A program made the translations under genes and the position numbers. Below the pieces are notes generated by a model that saw nothing but the letters and a program-made list of their open reading frames with translations, was not told the origin of the DNA and did no database searches. A stretch of DNA of 64,000 bases, from assembly GCA_040901675.1 (NCBI GenBank), contig JBBDYJ010000006.1:137538-201537 (forward strand), in the 5' to 3' direction. Positions 18,950-28,328 of the stretch are shown here, one piece after another (position 1 is the stretch's first letter; the number at the start of each line of letters is the position of its first letter). The DNA comes from Pirellulales bacterium (GTDB lineage: Bacteria > Planctomycetota > Planctomycetia > Pirellulales > JAICIG01).

Positions 18950-20365
18950 ATGAGCAGCGACATGGCGCCGACGGCCGGCCCTCTACGGATTCAGCGGATC
19001 GATGCCCGTGGCCACGAGCCCGGCGAGGCCTTGGCCGCGCTGCGGCGCCGATTGAGCCCGCAGGGTGAAGTGGTTAGCGAGGCGGGGCGGCGGCGCACGA
19101 TCGAGGTCTTCGGCGAGCCGCTCACACCGCTGGAGGTGGTCGAGCGAATCTGCCACGACGTGCGCACGCGAGGTCTGCCGGCGGTCCTGGAGTACTCGGC
19201 GCGGATCGACAAGGCGGAACTGACCGCCCAGACCATCCGCGTGCCGGCCGAGGAGCTGGCGCGGGCGCATGCAGCGGCCGCGCCCGAGTTGCTGGCTGCC
19301 GTGCGCCGCGTCCGCGACAACGTGCTCGCGTTTCAACACGCCATCCTCCACCGCGACGTACGGCTCGACAGGGCGGCGGGCAGCTATCTCGCCCTGCGGT
19401 ACTTGCCGCTTTCGCGCGTGGGCATCTGCGTGCCGGGCGGCGCGGCGGCCTATCCGTCGACGGTGCTGATGACGGCCGTGCCGGCGCAGGCGGCAGGGGT
19501 CGACCAGATCGCCATCGTGGCCCCGCCGACCCGGTTTGGAGCGTACAGCGGCGATCTATTGGCCACGTGCCACGAGCTGGGGCTGACGGAAGTCTACCGG
19601 CTGGGCGGCGCGCAGGGGGTCGCGGCTCTGGCCTACGGCATTGAGGGCCTGCCACGCGTCGATAAGATCGTGGGGCCAGGGAACCTGTTCGTGGCCTTGG
19701 CCAAGAAGCACGTCTTCGGCGACGTCGACATCGACTCGATCGCCGGGCCTAGCGAGGTGGTGATTCTGGCCGACGAATCGAGCCGGCCGGAGTGGGTGGC
19801 GGCCGATCTGATCGCCCAGGCCGAACACGCCCCGGGCGCCAGCATCCTCATCACCTGGAGCGAGCGGGTGCTCGAAGCGGCCGCGAGCGAGTTGACGCGG
19901 CAGTTGGCCGGGCTGGATCGTGCCGAGCTGGCACGGCAAAGCCTGGAGGAGTTCGGGGCGCTGGTCCTGGCGCGCGACGCCGAGCATGCGGCGGAGCTGG
20001 CCGACGAGATTGCACCGGAGCACTTGCACCTGGCCTGCGAAAATGCCGAGTCGCTTCTGGGCCGGATTGGCTACGCGGGAGCGGCCTTCTTGGGCGAGTA
20101 CACGCCGGTGGCCGTGGGCGATTACGCGGCGGGGCCCTCGCACGTGTTGCCCACGGGCGGGACGGCCCGGTTTGCCAGCGGCCTGTCGGCGAACGATTTT
20201 CTCAGGCGCACCAGCATCCTGCACTTCAGCCGGCAGGGGCTGGAGGCATTGGCCCAGGATGTGCGCGTGTTGGCCGATGCCGAGGGACTGACCGCGCACC
20301 GTGCCAGCATCGACATCCGTCTGGAGCCGGGCGGCCGGGCAGCGAGCAAGGCCGAGGCACTCTGA
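18950..20365 (+). CDS. hisD: Histidinol dehydrogenase
   Basis: [39 protein letters not shown] and [13 protein letters not shown] motifs. Alternative ATGs at 18941 and 18962. Confidence 0.96.
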   Translation: MSSDMAPTAGPLRIQRIDARGHEPGEALAALRRRLSPQGEVVSEAGRRRTIEVFGEPLTPLEVVERICHDVRTRGLPAVLEYSARIDKAELTAQTIRVPAEELARAHAAAAPELLAAVRRVRDNVLAFQHAILHRDVRLDRAAGSYLALRYLPLSRVGICVPGGAAAYPSTVLMTAVPAQAAGVDQIAIVAPPTRFGAYSGDLLATCHELGLTEVYRLGGAQGVAALAYGIEGLPRVDKIVGPGNLFVALAKKHVFGDVDIDSIAGPSEVVILADESSRPEWVAADLIAQAEHAPGASILITWSERVLEAAASELTRQLAGLDRAELARQSLEEFGALVLARDAEHAAELADEIAPEHLHLACENAESLLGRIGYAGAAFLGEYTPVAVGDYAAGPSHVLPTGGTARFASGLSANDFLRRTSILHFSRQGLEALAQDVRVLADAEGLTAHRASIDIRLEPGGRAASKAEAL

Positions 20366-20366
20366 C

Positions 20367-21413
20367 ATGGCTTACTTCAGGGCGGCCATCGAAGCCATGC
20401 GGGGCTATGTGCCTGGCGAGCAGCCGCAGGCGGGCAAGTTCATCAAGCTGAACACGAATGAGAACCCGTACCCCGCCTCGCCGGCCGTGGCGCGGGCCGT
20501 CCAGTCGGTGCTGGAGCGTGGGCTCCAGCGCTATCCCGATCCGCTGGCCACCGCCTTTCGGATTCGGGCAGCGGAAGTGTTGGGCGTCGAACCGGATTGG
20601 ATTCTCTGCGGCAACGGCAGCGACGAGATCCTGACGATCGTCACGCGGGCCTTCGTGGGGGAGGGAGAGCGTCTGCGGCTGCCGTATCCCAGTTACATCC
20701 TCTACAAGACGCTGGCTGAGATCCAGGGAGCGGCCAGCGAAGAGGTTTGGTTCCAGCGCGACTGGACGCTGGGCGACGACTTCGCCGCGGCCTCGGCCGG
20801 CCTGAAGCTGGCTTTTCTGCCGAATCCCAATAGCCCATCGGGGACACGGATTCCGCCCGAGCGCGTGCTGGAACTGGCCGAGCGCTTGCCGTGCCCGCTG
20901 TTGGTCGACGAGGCCTACGTCGACTTTTCCGACGAGCATTGCCTGGGGCTGGTCGCGAAGAACGAAAAGATCATGGTCTCGCGTTCGCTCAGCAAGTCGT
21001 ACTCGTTGGCGGGGCTGCGGTTTGGGTTTCTAGTGGCGCAGCCGCGGATCATCGAAGGCCTGATCAAGGTCAAGGATTCCTACAATTGCGACGCGCTGTC
21101 GATGGCCGCCGCCACGGCCGCCATCGACGACCAGGCCTGGCTGGCCGCGAACACCGCAAAGATCATCGCCAGCCGTGCCCGGTTGACCGAGGGGCTCGGG
21201 CGCCTGGGCTTCGAGCCGGTGCCGTCGCAGGCCAATTTTGTCTGGAGCCCGCACCCGGCGTTGCCGGTCAGGCCGCTCTACGAAAAGCTCAAGGCCGAGC
21301 GGGTCCTGGTTCGGTACATGGACTATCCAGACTGGGGCGACGGCTTGCGGATCTCCGTCGGCAGCGACGAGCAGATCGACGCCTGCCTGGCGTTGTTGCG
21401 TGGTATGGTTTAG
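20367..21413 (+). CDS. hisC: Histidinol-phosphate aminotransferase
   Basis: KLNTNENPY, GNGSDE, NPNSPSG, VDEAY and RSLSKSYSLAGLRFG motifs. Confidence 0.96.
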   Translation: MAYFRAAIEAMRGYVPGEQPQAGKFIKLNTNENPYPASPAVARAVQSVLERGLQRYPDPLATAFRIRAAEVLGVEPDWILCGNGSDEILTIVTRAFVGEGERLRLPYPSYILYKTLAEIQGAASEEVWFQRDWTLGDDFAAASAGLKLAFLPNPNSPSGTRIPPERVLELAERLPCPLLVDEAYVDFSDEHCLGLVAKNEKIMVSRSLSKSYSLAGLRFGFLVAQPRIIEGLIKVKDSYNCDALSMAAATAAIDDQAWLAANTAKIIASRARLTEGLGRLGFEPVPSQANFVWSPHPALPVRPLYEKLKAERVLVRYMDYPDWGDGLRISVGSDEQIDACLALLRGMV

Positions 21414-21424
21414 GGGGAACCTTC

Positions 21425-21452
21425 TCTGACTTCCGACCTCTGACTTCCGACT
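21425..21452. repeat. Heptamer tandem repeat (TCTGACT/TCCGACY x4)
   Basis: Seen directly between hisC and hisB. Confidence 0.75.
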
Positions 21453-21459
21453 TTCTGGC

Positions 21460-22047
21460 ATGACGCGTATTGCAACGATCCACCGCAAGACGGCCGAGAC
21501 CGAAATCCGGCTGGAGCTGAACCTCGACGGCACGGGGCAGTCGCGCTTGGCCACCGGCGTGGGGTTCTTCGACCACATGCTGGCGCTGTTGGCCCGTCAC
21601 TCGGCCATGGATCTGGTGGTCGAGGCGGCCGGCGATCTCGACGTAGACCAGCACCACACGGTGGAGGACGTGGGAATCTGTTTCGGCAGCGCGCTGAAGC
21701 AGGCATTGGGCGACAAGGCAGGCATCCGCCGCTACGGGCACTTCACGTTGCCGATGGAAGAGACTTTGGCCACCGCGTCGATCGACCTGGGCGGCCGTTA
21801 CTTCATGGTCTTCAAGGCCGACTTTCCCAGCCCCAAGATCGGCAACTTCGACAGCGAGCTGGTCGAGGATTTTTGGCAAGCAGCCGCGGCCAATGCACTG
21901 ATGAACCTGCACGTGCTGGTCCACTATGGCCGCAACAGCCATCACATCAGCGAGGCCATTTTCAAAGCCACCGCCCGCGCCTTACGGATGGCTGTCGAGG
22001 CCGACCCGCGGATCGGCGACGTGCCGAGCACGAAGGGGGTGATTTGA
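21460..22047 (+). CDS. hisB: Imidazoleglycerol-phosphate dehydratase
   Basis: [33 protein letters not shown] and PSTKG motifs. Confidence 0.97.
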   Translation: MTRIATIHRKTAETEIRLELNLDGTGQSRLATGVGFFDHMLALLARHSAMDLVVEAAGDLDVDQHHTVEDVGICFGSALKQALGDKAGIRRYGHFTLPMEETLATASIDLGGRYFMVFKADFPSPKIGNFDSELVEDFWQAAAANALMNLHVLVHYGRNSHHISEAIFKATARALRMAVEADPRIGDVPSTKGVI

Positions 22048-22056
22048 GGAGTGGCA

Positions 22057-22443
22057 TTACCAGAGCCGACTGACTCCGTAACGATCGAACACGTCTTCAT
22101 TGCTCAGCACCGGTACATTCTCAACTTGCGCCTGGGCTATCAGCAGTCGGTCGAAGGGGTCACGATGATGGTTCGGCAGGCCAGCCTGCACATCGGCGTA
22201 CTCGATCGTGATTGGTAGTACGGCCAAGTCGAGGTCGGCCATTGCCTGAGACATCCACTGTCGGTAAGGCAACGACAGTGTCAGTTTCCCGAGGCCTGCC
22301 TTGATGGCAAGCTCCCAGATGCTGGCGGCACTCAGCAGGAGCTCGTTGGTCGGGTTGGTAATGCTCGCGTGGGCTGTCGCGCTAAGGAGATGATCCTGAT
22401 CGACGTACCAGAGCAAGGCGTGCGTGTCGAGCAGGAGCCTCAT
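22057..22443 (-). CDS. vapC: VapC/PIN-domain toxin
   Basis: LLLDTHALLW, SAASIWE and HRDPFDRLLIAQA motifs. Confidence 0.93.
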   Translation of the reverse strand: MRLLLDTHALLWYVDQDHLLSATAHASITNPTNELLLSAASIWELAIKAGLGKLTLSLPYRQWMSQAMADLDLAVLPITIEYADVQAGLPNHHRDPFDRLLIAQAQVENVPVLSNEDVFDRYGVSRLW

Positions 22444-22676
22444 TCCATGTACTCCTTGAAATCATCAAGCGGTGCATCGAAGTCGGGAGCCATGTACAGG
22501 ACCGTTCCACGGAGCGTGCCCGGACGGCGGGGTTGTCGTCGCGGGCGGCTTGTCATGAAAACCAGGCGCGCCACCGGCTGATTGTCCTCCGTAATGACAA
22601 CTTCATCGCCGGGTGTCATTTGGTGGATAAGGTCCGAAAGCTTAGCTTGCGCTTCTTGAAGCGAGACAGTCGTCAT
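22440..22676 (-). CDS. Antitoxin (Phd/YefM-like N-terminus, DUF2281-like C-terminus)
   Basis: EAQAKLSDLI...EVVIT...PVARL and MAPDFDAPLDDFKEYM; AAGGAG RBS; 4-nt overlap with vapC. Confidence 0.9.
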   Translation of the reverse strand: MTTVSLQEAQAKLSDLIHQMTPGDEVVITEDNQPVARLVFMTSRPRRQPRRPGTLRGTVLYMAPDFDAPLDDFKEYME

Positions 22677-22832
22677 TTCCTACTCCTTCCGGTTCGTCGA
22701 TTCACCCGCGGCCTGGCGGCACTGGCAATTCTGTTGGCCTTCGTCCGAACCTACTCCATGATACCACCCAGTCGATGCGGTTGGGGGATCCCGGCGCTAA
22801 AGTAACAGGCGCACGGCAAAGCGACGCCAAGA

Positions 22833-22901
22833 CACTGCTTCTCGTGGCCGCCCGCGGCGGCCACTCCAAGCAAGTGGCACGACAAAGACAAGCAGTGGCA
22901 C
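22833..22901. repeat. ~48-bp palindromic dispersed repeat (copy 2) plus partial third copy
   Basis: CACTGCTTCTCGTGGCCGCCCGCGGCGGCCACTCCAAGCAAGTGGCAC, then CAAGCAGTGGCAC at 22889-22901. Confidence 0.8.
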
Positions 22902-22930
22902 AACAAGGTGCTTTTCTATAGATTCTCGGC

Positions 22931-24349
22931 ATGAAGCTGTCGCCCCAAACGCTCGAGGTGCTGTGGCACGACCACGATGCACGCGAAGTGCGGCTCCGCG
23001 AGATCGTCGGCGGGCGGCTGGCCGAAAAGCCGCCGCAAGTGCTGGACAATCACGTGGTGGCCACCTATTTCCTGGCGCTGCGCACCAGCACGCTGGGCGA
23101 GGCTGCCGGCGAGATCGCCTACCACGCCACCAGCGGCGTGCGGAACCCGCCGCCCGGCTCGCTGCTGGCCGAGTGCACGGCCCAGGCAGTCGCCACTGAC
23201 GCCTTTGACAACGGCGGCCGGATCGGCCTGTTGTCGATGGCCTTCCCACTCAAGATGCTGCGGCAGGCCGACGGCCACGTCACGGCCTGCGACCTGTTGC
23301 ACACGGTGGCCGGGGCGATCATCTTCGACGTCTATGAGAACCAGGATGCAAGGCTCGTTTCGCTCGAGTTGCCCGAGCAGGTGATTCGGACTTTCGATGG
23401 GCCGGCGCATGGGCCGGCGGGCGTGCGGAAGCTGGCCGGCTTTGGCCCCAAGGAGCCGGCCTTCGGCACGATTCTGAAACCGACCGCCGGCATCACGCCC
23501 CAGGACGTGGGCCGCCTGGTCGGTGAGGCGGCCGAGTGCCCGCTGTTCCTGTTCGTCAAGGAAGACGAGAACCTGTATCCGAACCTGGACTACTCGCCGG
23601 TAGCCGATCGGACGCGGGCGGCCATGGCGGCGGTTGAGCGGGCGAGAGCCCGGCGGGAAGGGCGAGGGCTGATCTTTGCCCCGCACGTGACCGGCTCGCC
23701 GGACGAACTGTTGGACACCGTTGGCGCCGCGCTCGAGGCAGGCGCCACCGGATTGATGTTCAGCGAGACGTTTGCCGGCGGCGCCGTGCGGATGGTGCGG
23801 CGGGCGACGCGGCACCTGGCCAACCCGCCGGCCATCTACGGCCACAACGCGGGCATAGGCGTGAAGACCCGTGGCATCTGGCGCGAGGTGATCGACCTGC
23901 TGGCCCGCCTGGAAGGAATCGACTTCCGCCAGACGGCGCCCATTAAGCCGGGCCCGCCCTTCATCCGCCCCTATGGTGCCGAGTGGCAGGCCTCCGAGCA
24001 CGCACTCAGCCGGCCGCTGCCTGGGATCAAGCCGGCCATGATTGCCCGGGCCGGTGGACTCGACCAGGGGAACATCGGACTCAACCTGGCGCACGCCGAG
24101 CGGCTGGGGATTGCCGAGAACCTGCTGTTTCTGGCCGGGTCGGCCATCAACTCGATCAAGAACGCCCAAGGCGCCGCCGACCCGCGGTTGGGCGCGGCCG
24201 CCATGAGCGAGGCGCTGGAGGCCTACCGGTCGCGGGAACTGATCGACGTGCCGGCCGAGGAGCACGTGGCCGCCCTTAAGGATCTGGCTGCCCGGCGGGG
24301 TTTCAAGGCGCTCGCCGAGGCACTGCGGCAAAGGTACGGTAAGGGTTAA
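22931..24349 (+). CDS. RuBisCO-like protein (form IV, RLP)
   Basis: FDGPAHGPAGVR, GTILKPTAG, FVKEDENL (carbamate/metal motif), IYGHNAG, RAGGL and LAGSAI align in order with RuBisCO large-subunit motifs. Confidence 0.9.
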   Translation: MKLSPQTLEVLWHDHDAREVRLREIVGGRLAEKPPQVLDNHVVATYFLALRTSTLGEAAGEIAYHATSGVRNPPPGSLLAECTAQAVATDAFDNGGRIGLLSMAFPLKMLRQADGHVTACDLLHTVAGAIIFDVYENQDARLVSLELPEQVIRTFDGPAHGPAGVRKLAGFGPKEPAFGTILKPTAGITPQDVGRLVGEAAECPLFLFVKEDENLYPNLDYSPVADRTRAAMAAVERARARREGRGLIFAPHVTGSPDELLDTVGAALEAGATGLMFSETFAGGAVRMVRRATRHLANPPAIYGHNAGIGVKTRGIWREVIDLLARLEGIDFRQTAPIKPGPPFIRPYGAEWQASEHALSRPLPGIKPAMIARAGGLDQGNIGLNLAHAERLGIAENLLFLAGSAINSIKNAQGAADPRLGAAAMSEALEAYRSRELIDVPAEEHVAALKDLAARRGFKALAEALRQRYGKG

Positions 24350-24362
24350 GGCGGCAAATCAC

Positions 24363-25436
24363 GTGAAAAAAGAAAAGCGGCTGATGCGGGTGGGCGTGCT
24401 GGGGTGCGGACCGATCGCACAGTTCGCGCACTTCGATGCCTGCCGCAAGGCGCGCAATGCGGAGCTGTACGCCATCTGCGACGTGGCCGAAGGCCTGCTG
24501 GCCAAGATGGCCGCCATCCACGAGCCGCGGGTCACGTACGCCAGTTTCGAGAACATGCTGGCGGACCCGCAGGTCGAAGGCGTGATCGTGGCCGTCGCCG
24601 ACCAGTTCCACGTGCCGCTCTGCAAACAGGCGCTCGCGGCCGGCAAGCACGTGCTGGTCGAAAAGCCGCTGGGCGTCACCGTCGAGGAGTGCGAAGAGCT
24701 GGTGCGGACCGCCCGCGAAAGTAGCCTGGTGGTGGCGGTCGGCAACAACCGGCGTTTCGATCCGGGCATCGCTTTTGCCGAACGCTTCATCCGCGAGGAG
24801 GTGGGGCAGCGGATGGGGCTCAAGGCCTGGTACTACGACTCGACTTACCGCTACACCATGACCGACAACCTGCAGCCGATCGCAGCCGTGAGCCGGCAGG
24901 CCCGCAAGCCGGCGGGCGATCCCAAGGCCGAGCGCCGGCGGTATTACATGCTCACGCACGGCAGCCACCTGGTCGACACGGCCCGCTTTCTGGGCGGTGA
25001 AATCAGCGCGGTGCGGGCCCGGCTCGTCGAGCGGTTTGGCGCATACTGCTGGTTCGTCTCTCTCGACTTCGCCGACGGCAGCTTGGGGCACCTGGACCTG
25101 ACGATCGCCGTGCGCGGCGATTTCGAGGAGGGTTTTCAGATCTATGGCGAAGGAGGCAGCGCCCGCGGCCTGGTCTACTTGCCCTGGTATCACAAGTCGA
25201 GCCACGTCGAGTGCTTCTCGGCCCGCGACGGCCAGTTCCGTCGCCCGCTCGGCGAAGACGCCTACACCTACAAACTGCAGATCGAGGCCTGGGCCGCCAC
25301 GGTGCTGGAGCAAAAGCCGCAGCAAGGCGCCACAGTAGAGGATGGGCTGGCGGCAGTGCGCGGGATGGTGGCGATTACCCGCTCGGTCGAGACGGGCGAG
25401 GCCGTGCGGCTGGCCGACGTGACCGGGGGCGTGTGA
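24363..25436 (+). CDS. Gfo/Idh/MocA family NAD(P)-dependent oxidoreductase
   Basis: VGVLGCGPIA, GKHVLVEKPL, NRRFDP and THGSHLVD motifs. Confidence 0.93.
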   Translation: MKKEKRLMRVGVLGCGPIAQFAHFDACRKARNAELYAICDVAEGLLAKMAAIHEPRVTYASFENMLADPQVEGVIVAVADQFHVPLCKQALAAGKHVLVEKPLGVTVEECEELVRTARESSLVVAVGNNRRFDPGIAFAERFIREEVGQRMGLKAWYYDSTYRYTMTDNLQPIAAVSRQARKPAGDPKAERRRYYMLTHGSHLVDTARFLGGEISAVRARLVERFGAYCWFVSLDFADGSLGHLDLTIAVRGDFEEGFQIYGEGGSARGLVYLPWYHKSSHVECFSARDGQFRRPLGEDAYTYKLQIEAWAATVLEQKPQQGATVEDGLAAVRGMVAITRSVETGEAVRLADVTGGV

Positions 25437-26269
25437 TGCGGTTGGGCATCTTCGCCAAGACGTTCGCTAGGCCGACGTTGGAGGCCACGCTCGGCGCGGT
25501 GCGGTCCTGCGGCTTGAACGTCGTGCAGTTCAACCTGTCGTGCGCCGGCCTCCCCACGCTGCCCGACGAGCTGAGCGCCGAGCGGGCCGGGGCGATCGGC
25601 CGGGCGGTCCAAGGGCATGGCATCGGGATGGCCGCCATCTCGGGCACGTTCAACATGATCCACCCGGACCTCGCGCAGCGGCAGGCGGGGCTCGCTCGGT
25701 TGGCGGTTCTGGCAGCCGCCTGCGGCCCTCTGGGTACGAAGCTCATCACGCTATGCACCGGCACCCGCGACCCGGCCGACATGTGGCGGCGTCATTCCGA
25801 CAACGGCTCGCCGGCTGCCTGGCGCGACTTGCTTGAGTCGATGCGGCAGGCGGTCCGGATTGCCGAAGAGCATGACATCACGCTGGGAGTCGAGCCGGAG
25901 ATATCCAACGTGATCGATTCGGCCCGGCAGGCCCGGCGGCTGCTGGACGAGTTGGCTTCGCCCCGGGTCAAGATCGTGATCGACGCGGCCAACCTGTTCC
26001 ACGCCGGCGAGCTGGCACGGATGGCCGAGGTGCTCGACGAGGCCTTCGACCTGCTGGGCCCGGATATCGCGTTGGCCCATGCCAAGGATCTGGTGCGCGG
26101 CGGTGAAGCGGGCGACCAGGCCGCCGGCAGTGGGCTGTTGGATTACCGGCGATACCTGGGGCTCTTGAGCCAGGCCCATTACGGGGGCCCCTTAATTCTC
26201 CACGGGCTGACCGAGGCCGAGGTGCCCCAGACTATCCAACGCATGCGCGATCTTGGCGTGAGCGGTTAG
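25436..26269 (+). CDS. Sugar phosphate isomerase/epimerase (xylose-isomerase-like TIM barrel)
   Basis: GVEPE, IDAANL, AHAKD and GSGLLDY metal-site motifs; TGATG overlap with the upstream gene. Confidence 0.9.
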   Translation: MRLGIFAKTFARPTLEATLGAVRSCGLNVVQFNLSCAGLPTLPDELSAERAGAIGRAVQGHGIGMAAISGTFNMIHPDLAQRQAGLARLAVLAAACGPLGTKLITLCTGTRDPADMWRRHSDNGSPAAWRDLLESMRQAVRIAEEHDITLGVEPEISNVIDSARQARRLLDELASPRVKIVIDAANLFHAGELARMAEVLDEAFDLLGPDIALAHAKDLVRGGEAGDQAAGSGLLDYRRYLGLLSQAHYGGPLILHGLTEAEVPQTIQRMRDLGVSG

Positions 26270-26395
26270 CGCGCGCAGCGTAGAGCCAGCGGGCCTCTTC
26301 CCGTAGCTGAAGTCGCCAGTCTTCCGGCGTTGCTTGGACGTCGTGATGCATTGCGTGCCGCGCGACAAGTGCTCCAGCCATCTCCGAGAAGAAAT

Positions 26396-26476
26396 GGGGA
26401 TAAGTCCAATTAAATGCCTGCGGGCGCCAATCAATTCGACTTATCCCCTGGGCACCGCTTTGTCGCCAGGCACCCG
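26396..26476. repeat. 16-bp inverted repeat element followed by a degenerate copy of the 6385 REP core
   Basis: GGGGATAAGTCCAATT (26396-26411) and AATTCGACTTATCCCC (26433-26448) pair at 15/16; then CTGGGCACCGCTTTGTCGCCAGGCACCCG. Confidence 0.7.
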
Positions 26477-26495
26477 CGGGTGGAGTATCCGCCTG

Positions 26496-27410
26496 TTACC
26501 CTGCGGCGGTGGTGGAGCGGACGAAGTCGATGAACCTGGTGCAGGCGGGGGGAAGACGCTCGGCGCGGCGGGTGAGAATGCCGGACTGAATCGGCCGGAT
26601 CTGCTGGCCAAGGCCGCGGATGCCGACGCGGCGCGAGCGGGTGACGATGCCCGAAGGCAACAAGGGCACGATGGCAATGCCCAGGCCGGCCTCGACCATG
26701 CGGACGATGATCTCGGTGTTGGTCATCTCCATGTCGACCCGCGGCGAGAGGCCGGCGTCGTGGAAAGCATCGATCACGTGCTGCCGGCCGGTGCTGCCGC
26801 GCTCGAAGAGAATCAACGGCTCGTCGACCAGGTCGGCCAGCCGCAATCTTGGGCGCTTCAACAGGCGGTGCCGCGGGAGCGTGATCAGGCTCCACGCCAT
26901 CGAGAAGAGGTGCGTGTACTCCAACTCGGGCGACGGCTCGTAGGGGGCGGCGACGCCGATCGTCACGTCGGAGTTGGATAGCAACTCGGCCTCGATTTCC
27001 TGCTCCGTCCGGCTGCTGAGACGCACGTGGATCTGAGGAAAGGCCGCGTGGAACTGCCGCACCGCGTCGATCAGCAGGTACTGCGTCAGATACTGGCTGG
27101 CGGCCACGTGGATTTCGCCTGCCGCCGTGGCGTTGAACAGCTCGCACAGCTCACGGGCCCGCTGGAGAAAGGCAGCGGCATGGGGCAGGAACCGCCGGCC
27201 GTGCTCGGTGAGCTGCGCCTGGCGGCGCTGGCCGCGGCGCTTGAGATAGAGCTCGACGCGGAGGCGGCCTTCAAGGGCCAGCAGGCGATTGCGCAGGCCT
27301 TGCTCGGTAATGTGCAGCCCTTCGGCGGCGGCGCGCAAGGTGCCCTGCCGAGCCAGTTCGACAAAGGCCGCCACCTGATCGGTCGAGAGCGACGGGTAGT
27401 CCGCGGTCAT
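26496..27410 (-). CDS. LysR family transcriptional regulator
   Basis: N-terminal HTH (GTLRAAAEGLHITEQGLRNRLLALE, LTEHGRRFL) and substrate-binding domain (VEAGLGIAIVP). Confidence 0.94.
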   Translation of the reverse strand: MTADYPSLSTDQVAAFVELARQGTLRAAAEGLHITEQGLRNRLLALEGRLRVELYLKRRGQRRQAQLTEHGRRFLPHAAAFLQRARELCELFNATAAGEIHVAASQYLTQYLLIDAVRQFHAAFPQIHVRLSSRTEQEIEAELLSNSDVTIGVAAPYEPSPELEYTHLFSMAWSLITLPRHRLLKRPRLRLADLVDEPLILFERGSTGRQHVIDAFHDAGLSPRVDMEMTNTEIIVRMVEAGLGIAIVPLLPSGIVTRSRRVGIRGLGQQIRPIQSGILTRRAERLPPACTRFIDFVRSTTAAG

Positions 27411-27429
27411 GGCAGGGCGCCTTCCCCGA

Positions 27430-27480
27430 AATACAACAATAAAGATTATTTACACTACAAGAAACAATTAATCTTATACA
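27430..27480. promoter_or_regulatory. AT-rich divergent promoter region, probable LysR-binding region
   Basis: AT-rich island AATACAACAATAAAGATTATTTACACTACAAGAAACAATTAATCTTATACA between LysR and the divergent operon. Exact operator not resolved. Confidence 0.55.
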
Positions 27481-27575
27481 GCGCGGACGGGTACTCTTCC
27501 AGATAGAAGGCGTGCCGTGCGGGACATGACGGCCGCCACGACGATTGCTGGACCAGTTTCTGGAGGAGTAGCGCG

Positions 27576-28328
27576 ATGAGAACCGGGACGCTTTTGATGA
27601 CGGGGCTGTTGATCCTGGGCGGCTGGCCGGCGTGGGCCAGCGATCCGGTGGGCATCTATGGGGTGGTGGAGCGGGTGGTGCTGGAAGGGGACGATTCCCA
27701 GCCCGAGCGAGTGCAATTGTGGGGCTGGTTCTCGACGGCGGTCCCCCAGACGCGCGACGATTACGAAGCGCCCCAGGCCGGTTACTTATATTACGTCGCG
27801 GACGCAAAGACGCAGCGCGTCGCCCGCCGCGAGTGGCGCGACCTGGCCGACGTCGCGGGCAACGGGCAGGTGGTCGCCTTTGCCAGCCGTTATGAGCCGG
27901 TGGGCAGCCTGCGCAAAGCGCACGAGCAGCCCGGCAAACCGGACGCATATCCGGTGGCTGCCGGGATCACGGTGATTGAAGCCGACACGCAGCGGAAGCA
28001 TGCGCCGATCGCGGCCCTGCGCGAAATACCACTGGCCCGGTTTCCGTTTCACGCGGACAAGGTGGAGGCCGGCGAAGTGGAGCTGAAGGTCCGCAGCCTG
28101 CGTGGGACTTCGCACGACGGTGCCCGCTATATCTTCGAGATCGCCGACGAGCAATCGGGCCAGCGTGAAACCAGCGAGCCGATCGAACCCGGCGAAACCT
28201 ACACCACCTGGACGCCCCGGATCGAGATCGAGGCAGGTAAGAGCTACGTATGGCGGGTGCGGGCGGTTGACGGCCGGTGGAAGAGCCGGCGCGTCGAAAC
28301 GCACTTCCAGGGAAAGACCGCTTCATGA
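27576..28328 (+). CDS. Secreted hypothetical protein, C-terminal beta-rich (Fn3/Ig-like) region
   Basis: GGAGG RBS; signal peptide ending AWA-SD; C-terminal GKSYVWRVRAV. Confidence 0.8.
   Translation: MRTGTLLMTGLLILGGWPAWASDPVGIYGVVERVVLEGDDSQPERVQLWGWFSTAVPQTRDDYEAPQAGYLYYVADAKTQRVARREWRDLADVAGNGQVVAFASRYEPVGSLRKAHEQPGKPDAYPVAAGITVIEADTQRKHAPIAALREIPLARFPFHADKVEAGEVELKVRSLRGTSHDGARYIFEIADEQSGQRETSEPIEPGETYTTWTPRIEIEAGKSYVWRVRAVDGRWKSRRVETHFQGKTAS

Noticed and set aside
22896..22911. Sigma54 promoter (TGGCAC...TGC) before the RLP
   Set aside because: The GG-to-GC spacing is off by one, and the TGGCAC belongs to the dispersed repeat.
22931..24349. Bona fide CO2-fixing RuBisCO / Calvin cycle
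   Set aside because: Several carboxylase residues appear substituted, and there is no rbcS, prk or activase nearby.
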